NCBI GenBank assembly: GCA_038245905.1 | Contig: JBBRRY010000002.1 | Span: 160,001 to 224,000, forward strand | Reading direction: 5' to 3' | From: Thermoanaerobaculia bacterium | GTDB lineage: Bacteria > Acidobacteriota > Thermoanaerobaculia > UBA5066 | Length of the DNA: 64,000 nt | Part shown: one piece after another, positions 52,437-61,812 of the stretch | Numbering within the stretch: the first letter of the stretch is position 1 | How the letters are laid out: each line of letters begins with the position of its first letter | The notes under the pieces: model-generated | What the model saw: only the letters and a program-made list of their open reading frames with translations | Database searches by the model: none | What the model was told of the DNA's origin: nothing | Translations under genes and position numbers: made by a program

Positions 52437-54004
52437 CGTGCCGCTCCCCTGCGTTCCTCGAGCAGCGCTTTCGCCACGAGCCGGTCGTCAAAGGGCAGCT
52501 CGCGGTCGCCCACGACCTGACACGTCTCGTGCCCCTTCCCCGCGACGAGGACGACGTCTCCCGACCGCGCGAGAGAGAAGGCCTCGGCGAGCGCCTCGCG
52601 GCGGTCCACGAAGTAGCGCGCGGACTTCCCCGCCGCCTCCACGCCGGCGCGCACGTCCCGAAGGATCGCCTCGGGATCCTCGGAGCGCGGGTTGTCGGAG
52701 GTGACGACGACCTCGTCGGCGAGGAGAGCCGCGATGCGGCCCATCTCGGGGCGCTTGCCCTTGTCGCGGTCGCCACCGCATCCGAAAACGGCGATCACGC
52801 GGCCGCCGCGCGCCGCGGCGAGGGTGCGCACCGTCTGGAGCGCGCCCTCGAGAGCGGCCGGCTTGTGCGCGTAGTCGACGAGGACCGTCAGGCCGAGCGC
52901 GTTCGGCACGGCTTCGAGGCGGCCCGGGACGCTCGCGACGGCGCCCAGCCCTGCCGAGATCTCTCGAGGCGAAAGCCCGAGAGCAAGGCCGGCAGCCGCC
53001 GCGGCGAGCAGGTTCTCGGCGTTCGGGCGGCCGAGAAGAGGGGAATTTATGCTGAAGAGAAGACTTTCTTTGAAGGTGAATGTGCCAGCCACTTTGACCT
53101 CGAGGCGCGTCCCCGCGATCCCCAGCGTCGCGCGCCCGACGACGAGCGACGAGAGGCCCTTCCCCTCTTCCCCTTCAAAGAAATATTCCTGTTTTTTCTT
53201 CTCTGTCTTCTCTTCACCTTCCAAGCAAAAACCAACGACCCGATTTGCTTCGAGTCTGCTCGCGAGCTTCATCCCGTACGCGTCCCCAAGATTGACGACC
53301 GCTTTGCCGTTCTTCTTGAGCAAGCCGAAGAGCCGCGCCTTCGCCTCGAAGTAGTCGTCCATGTCGCGATGGAAATCGAGATGCTCGTGTGAGAGGTTCA
53401 GAAACACCGCGACGTCGAACGCGCAGCCCGCGAGACGCTCCAGGACGAGCGCGTGCGAAGAGCACTCGATGATCGCGGCTGTGCCGCCGTCCGCAACCAG
53501 GGCCTGAAGCATGGGCTGAAGATCCGTGGCTTCCGGGGTCGTGTGGGGGGACGCGATCGCCGCCGCGTCGCCGCCCGCGCCCCGGTAGACGATCGTGCCG
53601 AAGAAACCGCGCTTCGGGTGACGCCCCGCGAGAAGTCCCTCGAGAAGGTACGTCGTCGTCGTCTTGCCGCTCGTGCCGGTCACACCCGCCATCACGAGCC
53701 TTTCCGACGGCCTTCCGGCGAGGAGCGCCGCCACGAGACCTGCCGAGCGCCGGGGGTTCTCGACCTCGAGATACGGCACGGAGGCGGTCGCCGGCGCGGG
53801 CGCAAGTCCGAGCGCTGCCACGGCGCCTCGCCGCACGGCATCGGCGATGAAGTGACGGCCGTCCGCCTTCAAGCCGGGAAGCGCGGCGAAGAGCGTTCCC
53901 GGAGTTGCCGCACGCGAGTCGTGCGTGACCGAGAGGACCTCGGGGTCCCCCGGAGGTCCCGCGCGATGGTGCGGAACGTCCGCCGTGAGCGCGGAGAGCC
54001 TCAT
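52433..54004 (-). CDS. murE: MurE (meso-DAP-type ligase) with AT-rich in-frame insertions
   Basis: TGTSGKTTT, HTTP, SSH, EHLDFH, DYAH, GCGGDRD, DNPR and AGKGHE. Confidence 0.95.
   Translation of the reverse strand: MRLSALTADVPHHRAGPPGDPEVLSVTHDSRAATPGTLFAALPGLKADGRHFIADAVRRGAVAALGLAPAPATASVPYLEVENPRRSAGLVAALLAGRPSERLVMAGVTGTSGKTTTTYLLEGLLAGRHPKRGFFGTIVYRGAGGDAAAIASPHTTPEATDLQPMLQALVADGGTAAIIECSSHALVLERLAGCAFDVAVFLNLSHEHLDFHRDMDDYFEAKARLFGLLKKNGKAVVNLGDAYGMKLASRLEANRVVGFCLEGEEKTEKKKQEYFFEGEEGKGLSSLVVGRATLGIAGTRLEVKVAGTFTFKESLLFSINSPLLGRPNAENLLAAAAAGLALGLSPREISAGLGAVASVPGRLEAVPNALGLTVLVDYAHKPAALEGALQTVRTLAAARGGRVIAVFGCGGDRDKGKRPEMGRIAALLADEVVVTSDNPRSEDPEAILRDVRAGVEAAGKSARYFVDRREALAEAFSLARSGDVVLVAGKGHETCQVVGDRELPFDDRLVAKALLEERRGAAR
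53064..53229. repeat. Three copies of the AT-rich motif in murE (+53064-53083, -53165-53184, -53210-53229)
   Basis: CTTTCTTTGAAGGTGAATGT; ATTTCTTTGAAGGGGAAGAG; TTTGCTTGGAAGGTGAAGAG. Confidence 0.7.
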
Positions 54005-56037
54005 GGCGTATCTCCCGCCGCGGGCGCGAGCACGAGCGCACAGCTTCCGCCCCGCTCGGCGGCAGCGCCCGCGGGCGGTTCCTGGGACACGACGAACCCG
54101 GTTCCCGAAACGTGTGCCGCAAGTCCGCGTGCCGCGAGGAGCCTGACCGCGTCGCGCGCGCTCCGGCCGGAAACATCCGGCACGCGATCCTCAGCCTCGC
54201 CCGCGCGTTCCGGACGGTTCGACATGGGCACGACGTCGTCGGCATGGAGGCGGGCGCTCAGCGCGGCAGCCGCGGCCCCTCCGGCGAGATCGGCCGTGAG
54301 GATCGAGGGACGCGCCGCCCCGACCGGAGCCGCGGGCTCACGCAGGATGCGAAGCGTGTCCGCGCCGATCGCGGCGAATACGGGCGCCGCGACTTCGCCG
54401 CCGTACGTCCTTCCCTTCGGCTCGTCCACCACGACGGCGATCACCACGCGGGGATGGTCGGCTGGAGTGAACCCGATGAAGGACGCCACGTACTTCTCCC
54501 GGGAGTAGCCACCACCCGGCATCGCTTTCTGCGCCGTACCGGTCTTGCCGGCTGCGGTGTAACCCGGAATCGCGGCCGCTTTCCCCGTTCCCATCTCGAC
54601 GACCCTCTGGAGGAGGACCCGCATCACGCGTGCCGTTTCCGCGCTCATGAGGCGCCGCGGCGCTGGGCCCTCGATGCTCCGTTCCGGCGCACCTGGGATC
54701 TGAATCGCATGAACCATGTGCACTGCGGGAAGCACGCCGCCGTTCGCGATCGCCGCGTACGCCCGCGCCATCTGCAGGACCGTGACACCAATTTCCTGGC
54801 CGAACGCCATCGTCGGTAGCGTCAGAGAGCTCCATCCGGCCTTGTCCTGGAGGATGCCCGCGGTCTCACCTTCGAGCTCGACGCCCGTCTTCTGGCCGAA
54901 TCCGAAGTCCCTGACCGACTTGTAGAACGGGGCCCGGCCGATCGTCATGGCGACGTGGGCGATTCCGATATTCGAGGAGTGCGCGAGGATGTCCCCGATC
55001 GTGAGCGCGCTCCAACCCTTGCCTCCGTGCTCGTGAATCGTGCTGGATCCGATCGTGAGCGTGCCGCCGCCACAGTCGATCGGGTCGTCGAGAGAGATCG
55101 TGCCCGACTCGAGCGCGGTCGCGGCGGCCACGATCTTGAACGTCGATCCCGGTTCGTAGGCGTCCGCGAGCGGCCGGCAGCGCCGCGCATCGGCGTCCAC
55201 CTCCGAGAACCGGTTCGGGTCGAACGTGGGATACGAGGCGAGCGCGAGGATCGCTCCCGTCGCCGGATCGAGAACCACCGCCGAGGCCCCCTTCGCGTGC
55301 GATTCGGCGACGACCTTCGCGAGCTCGCGTTCGGCCGTGTGCTGGATGGCGGTCTGGAGCGTGAGGGTGAGCGACGCTCCCTCGTTGCCCTCGGCCGGAG
55401 CGTCGCCGCCGCCACGCGCCCGCGCCGAGTACGGGCGCTGCGCCGCGTCTTTAAGAAGCGTGACGAGGGCCGGCTTGCCGCGGACGTCGGCGTCGAAGCG
55501 ATATTCGAGCCCCGCGAGCCCCTGGTTGTCGGTGCCGACGTAGCCGAGAACCGCCGCCGCGAGCACGCCCTCGGGATAGCGCCGGGCCGATTCCGCGACG
55601 AGCTGGATCCCGGGGAGTCGCTTTTCGGCGATGAGGGTCTTGACGCGCGCGGCCACTCCGTCGCTCACGCGCCTGGCGATCCAGATGAAGTCGCGGTCCG
55701 GACTCTCGAGCTTCCGGGCGAGCTCTTTGGCCGAATGCTTGAGCAGGGGCGCGAGGAGGGCGGCCTCCTTGTCGGCGTCGGCGACGTCCGACGGAATCGC
55801 GAACACGGACTCGGCGCGGGCGTTGATCGCGAGGTAGGTGCCGTCGGCGGCCTTGATGACGCCGCGCCGCGGGGCGAGCTCGACGGTGCGCTCCTGCTGT
55901 CTGGCGGCACGGCGCGTGAACTCGTCCTTCCGGAGGACCTGCAGGTCGACGAGACGCACAAGGAGAACGAGAATCCACAGCCCGACACCCGCGAGCATGA
56001 CGAGAGCGCGGCGGTCCGGGCTCGGGGCGACGCTCAA
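54001..56037 (-). CDS. ftsI: PBP3/FtsI with PASTA domain
   Basis: EPGSTFK (SxxK), SSN and KTGT motifs; C-terminal PASTA domain. Confidence 0.95.
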   Translation of the reverse strand: MSVAPSPDRRALVMLAGVGLWILVLLVRLVDLQVLRKDEFTRRAARQQERTVELAPRRGVIKAADGTYLAINARAESVFAIPSDVADADKEAALLAPLLKHSAKELARKLESPDRDFIWIARRVSDGVAARVKTLIAEKRLPGIQLVAESARRYPEGVLAAAVLGYVGTDNQGLAGLEYRFDADVRGKPALVTLLKDAAQRPYSARARGGGDAPAEGNEGASLTLTLQTAIQHTAERELAKVVAESHAKGASAVVLDPATGAILALASYPTFDPNRFSEVDADARRCRPLADAYEPGSTFKIVAAATALESGTISLDDPIDCGGGTLTIGSSTIHEHGGKGWSALTIGDILAHSSNIGIAHVAMTIGRAPFYKSVRDFGFGQKTGVELEGETAGILQDKAGWSSLTLPTMAFGQEIGVTVLQMARAYAAIANGGVLPAVHMVHAIQIPGAPERSIEGPAPRRLMSAETARVMRVLLQRVVEMGTGKAAAIPGYTAAGKTGTAQKAMPGGGYSREKYVASFIGFTPADHPRVVIAVVVDEPKGRTYGGEVAAPVFAAIGADTLRILREPAAPVGAARPSILTADLAGGAAAAALSARLHADDVVPMSNRPERAGEAEDRVPDVSGRSARDAVRLLAARGLAAHVSGTGFVVSQEPPAGAAAERGGSCALVLAPAAGDTP

Positions 56038-56429
56038 GGCACGGCCTTGCCGGGTGCGGGCGCGGACGGAAGCGGAGAGACAGGAGACACGAGCGCCGTG
56101 TCCTTCACGAGGATGACCTGGTCGAGGGTGGGGGGCACGAGGCCCAGCGTGCCTCGCGCGATGGGCTCCACTCGCGCGAGCGCCGCGGCCTGGGCGCGGT
56201 CCATCTCGAGACGGTGCTTCCTCTCGAGCAGCGCGTCACGGTTCTTCGAGACGCCGGCGAGCTGGTATCCGAGGCCGACGGTTTCAAGATTCGCCCAGAT
56301 CGCAAGGAACAGGACCACCGCCGGCGGCACCGCGGCCAGAACGAGGGCGAGGAGCTCACGCGTCCGCCTGCGGTCGCGCTCACGCACGAGATAGAGATTT
56401 TCGACCGGGCGGCGGACCGCGTACGCCAT
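56034..56429 (-). CDS. ftsL: Cell division protein FtsL
   Basis: Single TM plus coiled coil, RVEPIAR..LGL; located between rsmH and ftsI. Confidence 0.8.
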   Translation of the reverse strand: MAYAVRRPVENLYLVRERDRRRTRELLALVLAAVPPAVVLFLAIWANLETVGLGYQLAGVSKNRDALLERKHRLEMDRAQAAALARVEPIARGTLGLVPPTLDQVILVKDTALVSPVSPLPSAPAPGKAVP

Positions 56430-56440
56430 GGGCGGAATTC

Positions 56441-57412
56441 CTACCGTTGGGGCGTGCCCGGACCGGCGCCGTCCTCGGCGACGCGCTCGAGGACGCGCAT
56501 CCGCGCCGAGCGCGCGCGGGGGTTTTCGCCGAGCTCGGCGAGCGTGGGGCGAAGCGACTTGCGCGTGACGAGCGCCATGACGCGGCGCCGCGAGCACACG
56601 CATACGGGGAACGACGGCGGGCACGAGCAACCCGCCGTGTGGCGGAGGAACGTGTGCTTGACGATGCGATCCTCGAGCGAGTGGTACGACAGGACGGAGA
56701 GACGCGCGCCGAGCGCCAGACGCTCGACCGCGTCGTCGAGGAAGCGCTCGAGCTCGACGAGCTCGCGGTTCGTCGCGATGCGCAGAGCCTGGAAAACGCG
56801 GGTCGCGGGGTCCTTGTGCATCGGGCGCTTCGGCCTCAGAACCTTCAGCACGAGGTTTCTCATCTCGCCGGTCGTCCGGATGGGCGCCGTGTTCCGAGCC
56901 TCTACGACCTTTCGAGCGATCGGTCCCGCCATGCGCTCCTCCCCCCACTCGCGGAAGATCCGCGTCAACTCTTCGCGTGAGGCCGTCGCCACGAGGTCGG
57001 CGGCCGAAGGTCCCGAAGCGCCCATGCGCATGTCCAGCGGACCTTCCTTCATGAACGAAAACCCCCGCTCCGGGAGGTCCAGCTGCATCGAGGAGACCCC
57101 GAGGTCCGCGAGGATGCCGTCCACGCGCGGCAGGTCGAGACCATCGAGATGGGCCGCGAGATCCTCGTGCCGCCCCTCGACCGTGACGAGCCGGTCGCCG
57201 AACGAGGCGAGCCGCTCGCGGGCGATCCGGAGCGCCTCGGGGTCGCGGTCGATCCCGACGACGCGCGTCTCCGGAGAGGCCTCGAGAAGAGCCCGCGCGT
57301 GTCCGCCGAGGCCGAGCGTCGCGTCGACATAGATCCCGCCCCGCTCCGGCCGGAGCGCCGCGACGACCTCCCGAAGGAGGACGGGGACGTGAACCGCGCC
57401 GGCTTCGGGCAT
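56441..57412 (-). CDS. rsmH: 16S rRNA m4C1402 methyltransferase
   Basis: HVPVL, DATLGLGGH, DLGVSSMQLD, LDMRM and YHSLEDR. Confidence 0.97.
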   Translation of the reverse strand: MPEAGAVHVPVLLREVVAALRPERGGIYVDATLGLGGHARALLEASPETRVVGIDRDPEALRIARERLASFGDRLVTVEGRHEDLAAHLDGLDLPRVDGILADLGVSSMQLDLPERGFSFMKEGPLDMRMGASGPSAADLVATASREELTRIFREWGEERMAGPIARKVVEARNTAPIRTTGEMRNLVLKVLRPKRPMHKDPATRVFQALRIATNRELVELERFLDDAVERLALGARLSVLSYHSLEDRIVKHTFLRHTAGCSCPPSFPVCVCSRRRVMALVTRKSLRPTLAELGENPRARSARMRVLERVAEDGAGPGTPQR

Positions 57413-57418
57413 AGCGCG

Positions 57419-57865
57419 TCAGACGAGATGGCGTGCGAGTTCGTCGTAGTCCTCATCCGTGATCACGGCCGTGCGGAGGTTCTTGAGATGTTTCGTGCGG
57501 TCGACGAGCTTCAGGTGGTCGGTCTGTCCGAGCACGAGGGCGCCTCCCTCGATCCCCGAGACCTCGCGCAGGAGCGAGGGAACGAGGAGGCGGCCCTGCG
57601 CGTCAATGCGTGCCACCTGCCCATAGGTGTTGAGGCGCTCCTGAAACTTCGCTTTCGCGCGGTGGATCGCCGGCATCGCGGCCAGCTTTTCCTCCAGCGC
57701 GTTCCAGACCGGCATCGGAAAGACCAGAACATCGACACCGGAAATGGACGTCAGGAAGAATTCGGGCCCGAACGTGTCCTCGATCGGCGCGCGAAAAACG
57801 GAAGGGACCTTGAAGCGGCCCTTCTCATCCACCGTTGTTTCCGCGCTGCCCCGAAGGCGGTCCAT
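57419..57865 (-). CDS. mraZ: Transcriptional regulator MraZ
   Basis: Two DxxGR motifs (DEKGR, DAQGR); first gene of the dcw cluster. Confidence 0.92.
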   Translation of the reverse strand: MDRLRGSAETTVDEKGRFKVPSVFRAPIEDTFGPEFFLTSISGVDVLVFPMPVWNALEEKLAAMPAIHRAKAKFQERLNTYGQVARIDAQGRLLVPSLLREVSGIEGGALVLGQTDHLKLVDRTKHLKNLRTAVITDEDYDELARHLV

Positions 57866-57909
57866 ACTCTTCCCCTGGAAAAGAAGTTCGCGGGCGGCGT
57901 CGCGGAAAT

Positions 57910-57963
57910 CCCCCGGTTACCCGGGCAACCCACAAGACGCCACTGTTGACCACTTATTTCCAC
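57910..57963 (-). promoter_or_regulatory. MraZ-binding GTGG repeats, 10-bp period
   Basis: CCAC at 57930, 57940, 57950 and 57960; degenerate CCCC/CCCG at 57910 and 57920. Confidence 0.8.
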
Positions 57964-58059
57964 GGCGAGTATCCGGCTCGAATCGGGCTGGCGTCAAGCG
58001 AAATCCCTCAGGCGGAGCACGTTGCGGACCCGCCACTGCCCCGGTGTACCCTCGGGGCG

Positions 58060-59199
58060 GTGACGGACTCTTCCCCTCTCAGTGGTGTTCGCCTCGTCTC
58101 CGAAGCCGGGTCGTTCGGTGCGCTCCTCACCGCGCTCGACGAGAGCGTCGGCGCCGACGTCGCGCTCGACACGGAGGCGGACTCTTTTCATCACTACTTC
58201 GAGAAGGTGTGCCTCCTACAGCTCTCGTGGGACGGAAGGGCCCACCTCGTGGACCCGCTGCAGTCACTCGACGTCGGTGCCCTCCTCGCGCGGCTCGCGC
58301 CGCGCCGGCTTCTCATGCACGGGGCGGACTACGACCTGAGGCTCCTCTTTCGCGGATACGGCTTTCGCGCGACGTCGCTCTTCGATACGATGTTCGCGGC
58401 CCAGCTTCTCGGCGAGAAGGAGATCGGCCTCGCGGCGCTCCTTCAGGCGCGCGTCGGCGTGACGCTCGACAAGGCGCATCAGCGAGCCGACTGGAGCGAG
58501 CGGCCGCTCACGCCTCCACTCGTCGCTTACGCGGCGGCCGACGTCCTCCACCTCGCGGCGCTCGTCGAGTCGATGGCGCGGGACCTCGAAGCGAAGGGCC
58601 GCCTCGCGTGGCACGCCGAGGAGTGCGCGCGCCTCGCCGCCGCGACTTTCCCGCAGGGACGCGACGCGGATCCCGAGAACGACTGGCGGATCAAGGGCTC
58701 GAACGGCCTGACGGACAAGGAGCGCGCCTTCGCGCGCGCTCTCTGGGAGGCGCGCGACGCCCGCGCCCGCGCCCTCGACCGCCCCCCGTTCCGCGTTCTC
58801 ACGAACGAGCGGCTGCTTCTCGCCGCGAAGCCGGCCGCCGCAGGCGAGAAGGATCTTTCGAAGCTCTTCCCGGGCCCCCGCCCGCTGCCCGACGCCTTCG
58901 CCCGCGCGCTGCGCGAGGCCCTGGAGGGCGCCGCCGCCCTTCCGCCGTCCGAATGGCCGCGGGTCCGCCGCGGCGAACGTGTCGAGTCCGACCCCGCGCT
59001 CGAACGCGACGTTGAGGCCCTGAAGAAGTCCCGGGACGCGAAGGCCACCGCGCTCGGCCTCGATCCAGGAGTCCTCGCCTCCCGCGCGGTCCTCACGACG
59101 GCGGCGAAGACGCGCCGCGCGAATGGACGCCTGACGGCTGACCTCCTCGTCACCGAGGGCGGGCTCTCGCGCTGGCGCGCCGAGCTCCTCGCGGTCTGA
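58060..59199 (+). CDS. rnd: Ribonuclease D (with HRDC)
   Basis: ALDTE, LLQL, HGADYD, FDT, DWSERPL, YAAADV and ARALDRPPFRVL. Confidence 0.9.
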   Translation: MTDSSPLSGVRLVSEAGSFGALLTALDESVGADVALDTEADSFHHYFEKVCLLQLSWDGRAHLVDPLQSLDVGALLARLAPRRLLMHGADYDLRLLFRGYGFRATSLFDTMFAAQLLGEKEIGLAALLQARVGVTLDKAHQRADWSERPLTPPLVAYAAADVLHLAALVESMARDLEAKGRLAWHAEECARLAAATFPQGRDADPENDWRIKGSNGLTDKERAFARALWEARDARARALDRPPFRVLTNERLLLAAKPAAAGEKDLSKLFPGPRPLPDAFARALREALEGAAALPPSEWPRVRRGERVESDPALERDVEALKKSRDAKATALGLDPGVLASRAVLTTAAKTRRANGRLTADLLVTEGGLSRWRAELLAV

Positions 59200-59208
59200 C
59201 GCGCCGGC

Positions 59209-60885
59209 CTAGAACCTCGCGATGAGGCCGCCGTAGGCGTCGCCCTGGTTGAGGTAGTTCGTGTCGTAGTAGTTGTAGCACCCGTAGACCGGGTCGCAGG
59301 ACGCGGACGCGCCGCTCGCCGAGTTGATGTAGACGGGCAGCCAGCGCGCGCCGAGGCGGAGTCCGAAGTGGTCGCCAAGGTAGTACTTGATCCCGCCGCC
59401 GATGCTCGCCGAGAAGCGCGAGAGCGTCGAGAGCTCGGGCGAAGGCGTCAGGATCGTGACCCCGAACAGGACGTCGAAGTAGAGGCGGGCTTTGTTGCTC
59501 GGGTCGCCCGACATCCACATCCCGCCGAGTTGGATCGTGTCGACGTTCAAGTGGGAGAGTTTCTCGTCGTTCCCGATCCCGGCCGCCGTGAACTTCGCTG
59601 TGAGATTCGTGTTCTGGTGGCTCCAGAGGGCCTCGAGGGAGCCCCATGGCGTCACGGCGTATTCGACCGTCAATCCCCAGCTCAGCGAATCCTTCACGTC
59701 TACCTTCTCGATATACGCCGTGGCGGACTCCGACGTCGTGCCGCCGAAACGCCAGCCCGCGGTGGGGGTGATCTCGAAGACCGGGAGGCGCAAGGCCGTC
59801 GTCACCGGACCGGTACTGACTCCCGCGATCCCGGCGGCCTGGTCGGCCACGCCGGGACCCGCGGCCTGCGAGAAGCCCGGGGGCGGAGGGGGAGGCGTGA
59901 AGTAGGGCCGGGCCTCGGCGTTCACCTTGATGAACGCTTCGCGCTTGAGCTTGTCGAGGTACTCGGCGAGCTTCTTCTGGAACTGGGTGTCCTGCTCGCG
60001 CTTGAGGAGCCCCGCCTTCACGTCGCCGAACGGCTTGTATGAGACGGGGACCTTCTCGATGACCTTCACGAGGTGCCAGCCGAATTTCGTCCCGATCGGG
60101 TCCGACACCGTTCCCACGGCCAACGAGAACACCGCTTTGTCGATCTCGGCTGTGAGCTCGCCGCGCGCCACCGTGCCGAGATCGCCGCCCCGCGCCTTCG
60201 TGGCCCCGTCCGAATAGTCCTTCACGACGGCCTCGAATTTCGCGCCGCCCTTGACGAGGTCCGAGGCCTCTTTCGCGCGGCGCGCCGCCCGCGCGGGGTC
60301 GTCGCCGTTCGACACGAGGATCTCGGCGAGATGCGCCTTCTCGGGCACGCGCCACGTCTCCTTCTCGCGCTCGTAGATGATGCGCAGGGCGTCGTCCGAC
60401 AGGTCGACCTTGCTGTTCACCTCGCGGCCGACGACGCGCTGAAGCGTTACGGTGCGGCGCAGCTGGTCGCGCAGGCGGTCGATCGTGAGGCCGGATTGCG
60501 CGAGCCCCTTCGCAAAGTCCTCGTCCGTCGTGACGTTGTTCTGCTCTTTGAGCCGCTTGATCTGGTCCTCGATCTCGGCGTCCGACGTGACGAGGTCGAG
60601 CTCCTTTGCGCGGTCCTCGAGGAGCGCCTCGTTCACGAGCTCTTCGAGGACGCTCTTTTTCATCTCCTCGCGCTTGGCCGCGTTGGGCGGGGGGCCCGAC
60701 TCGCGGATGGTCTGATCGATCCGCGCGTCGAACTGGCTCTGCGTGATGATCCGCGAGTTCACGTGCACGAGGATGCTGTTGACGACCTCGCCGGCCCGAA
60801 GAGGCGCCGCGGCGAGACAGACGGTAAGAGCCGCAAAGAGAAATACTACGGAAAAGAGGACACGGGGGAGCCGAAATGACTTCAC
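59209..60885 (-). CDS. SurA-like parvulin PPIase fused to a C-terminal outer-membrane beta-barrel
   Basis: Signal peptide, SurA_N-like region (VNSRIITQSQF), rotamase (HLAEIL, GGDLG, FGWHLV), P6 linker, amphipathic strands ending GGLIARF. Confidence 0.85.
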   Translation of the reverse strand: MKSFRLPRVLFSVVFLFAALTVCLAAAPLRAGEVVNSILVHVNSRIITQSQFDARIDQTIRESGPPPNAAKREEMKKSVLEELVNEALLEDRAKELDLVTSDAEIEDQIKRLKEQNNVTTDEDFAKGLAQSGLTIDRLRDQLRRTVTLQRVVGREVNSKVDLSDDALRIIYEREKETWRVPEKAHLAEILVSNGDDPARAARRAKEASDLVKGGAKFEAVVKDYSDGATKARGGDLGTVARGELTAEIDKAVFSLAVGTVSDPIGTKFGWHLVKVIEKVPVSYKPFGDVKAGLLKREQDTQFQKKLAEYLDKLKREAFIKVNAEARPYFTPPPPPPGFSQAAGPGVADQAAGIAGVSTGPVTTALRLPVFEITPTAGWRFGGTTSESATAYIEKVDVKDSLSWGLTVEYAVTPWGSLEALWSHQNTNLTAKFTAAGIGNDEKLSHLNVDTIQLGGMWMSGDPSNKARLYFDVLFGVTILTPSPELSTLSRFSASIGGGIKYYLGDHFGLRLGARWLPVYINSASGASASCDPVYGCYNYYDTNYLNQGDAYGGLIARF

Positions 60886-60933
60886 GGCACGCAGTCTAGC
60901 GAAAACCGGGCCGAACTCCCCGCCCCCCCGGCC

Positions 60934-61812
60934 TCAGCGCGATTCAGCGCTCTTGGCGTTCGATCCGACGTACGGGAACGGGAGATGATCCTCGACCACC
61001 GACACCGGAAAGCGCAGGCGGGCTCCGGCGATGGCCTCTCCGACCGCCCGTGCGCTGCGGTCCTCGGCGACCACGATCCGAAGCCCCGGAAGAGCCTCCT
61101 CGAACGTCACGTCGCGCGCATCGAGGCGCTCGTCGACGCGAAACACGTGGAAACCGTGGGGCGTCGCCAGCACGGTGCTCGTCTTTCCGGTGGAAAGGCT
61201 CCACACCGCCTTTTCGAACTCGCGGGGCAGGTCGAGGCGTCCGAGGAGGCCCAGCGAGCCACCAGACGCCGCGTTGGGCGCGACGCTCGAGGCGCGCGAC
61301 ACGTCTCCCCAGCTCTCGCCCATGGCGAGGCGTTTCACCGAGGCGTCGGCATCCTCCCGCGTGCGGAACATGAGCTGCGACACGCGCACGAGGGCGGGCC
61401 TCCTGTAGCGCGCGGGATGGGCGTCGTACTCCCTCCTGAAGTCTGCGTCCTCGAGCGTTTCGAGCCCGGCGACACGATTCAGGAACGCGCGGCGCTTCTC
61501 CCGGAGAGTCGTGCCGGGAACCTTCGGCTCGGCGGCTTCCACGGCTCGCGCGAGAAGCACCTCGTCGAGGTACTGGTCGAGAAGGCTCGAGAGAACGCGC
61601 GGCGAGATGTTCTTCGAGTCTTCGCTCGTCGCCGTCTTCACCCATGCCATGAATGCGTTCAGGGTGACCGGCCGATCGCCCGCCATCGCGATCGTTTCCG
61701 GCCGCGACAGCGCGGGTGGGCCGCTCTTCGGCGCGCAGCCCTCCGAAACGAGGGCCGCGGCGGCCGCCGCAACGAGAGCCACGAGAGCAAATGAAGGCCC
61801 GGTGCGCCTCAT
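60934..61812 (-). CDS. Parvulin-type PPIase lipoprotein
   Basis: Lipobox-like VSEGC; GGSLG and TPHGFHVF motifs. Confidence 0.85.
   Translation of the reverse strand: MRRTGPSFALVALVAAAAAALVSEGCAPKSGPPALSRPETIAMAGDRPVTLNAFMAWVKTATSEDSKNISPRVLSSLLDQYLDEVLLARAVEAAEPKVPGTTLREKRRAFLNRVAGLETLEDADFRREYDAHPARYRRPALVRVSQLMFRTREDADASVKRLAMGESWGDVSRASSVAPNAASGGSLGLLGRLDLPREFEKAVWSLSTGKTSTVLATPHGFHVFRVDERLDARDVTFEEALPGLRIVVAEDRSARAVGEAIAGARLRFPVSVVEDHLPFPYVGSNAKSAESR

Noticed and set aside
57867-57886. Seventh copy of the dispersed motif before mraZ
   Set aside because: Only the AGGGGAAGAG half matches, and it is explained by the mraZ ribosome-binding site.
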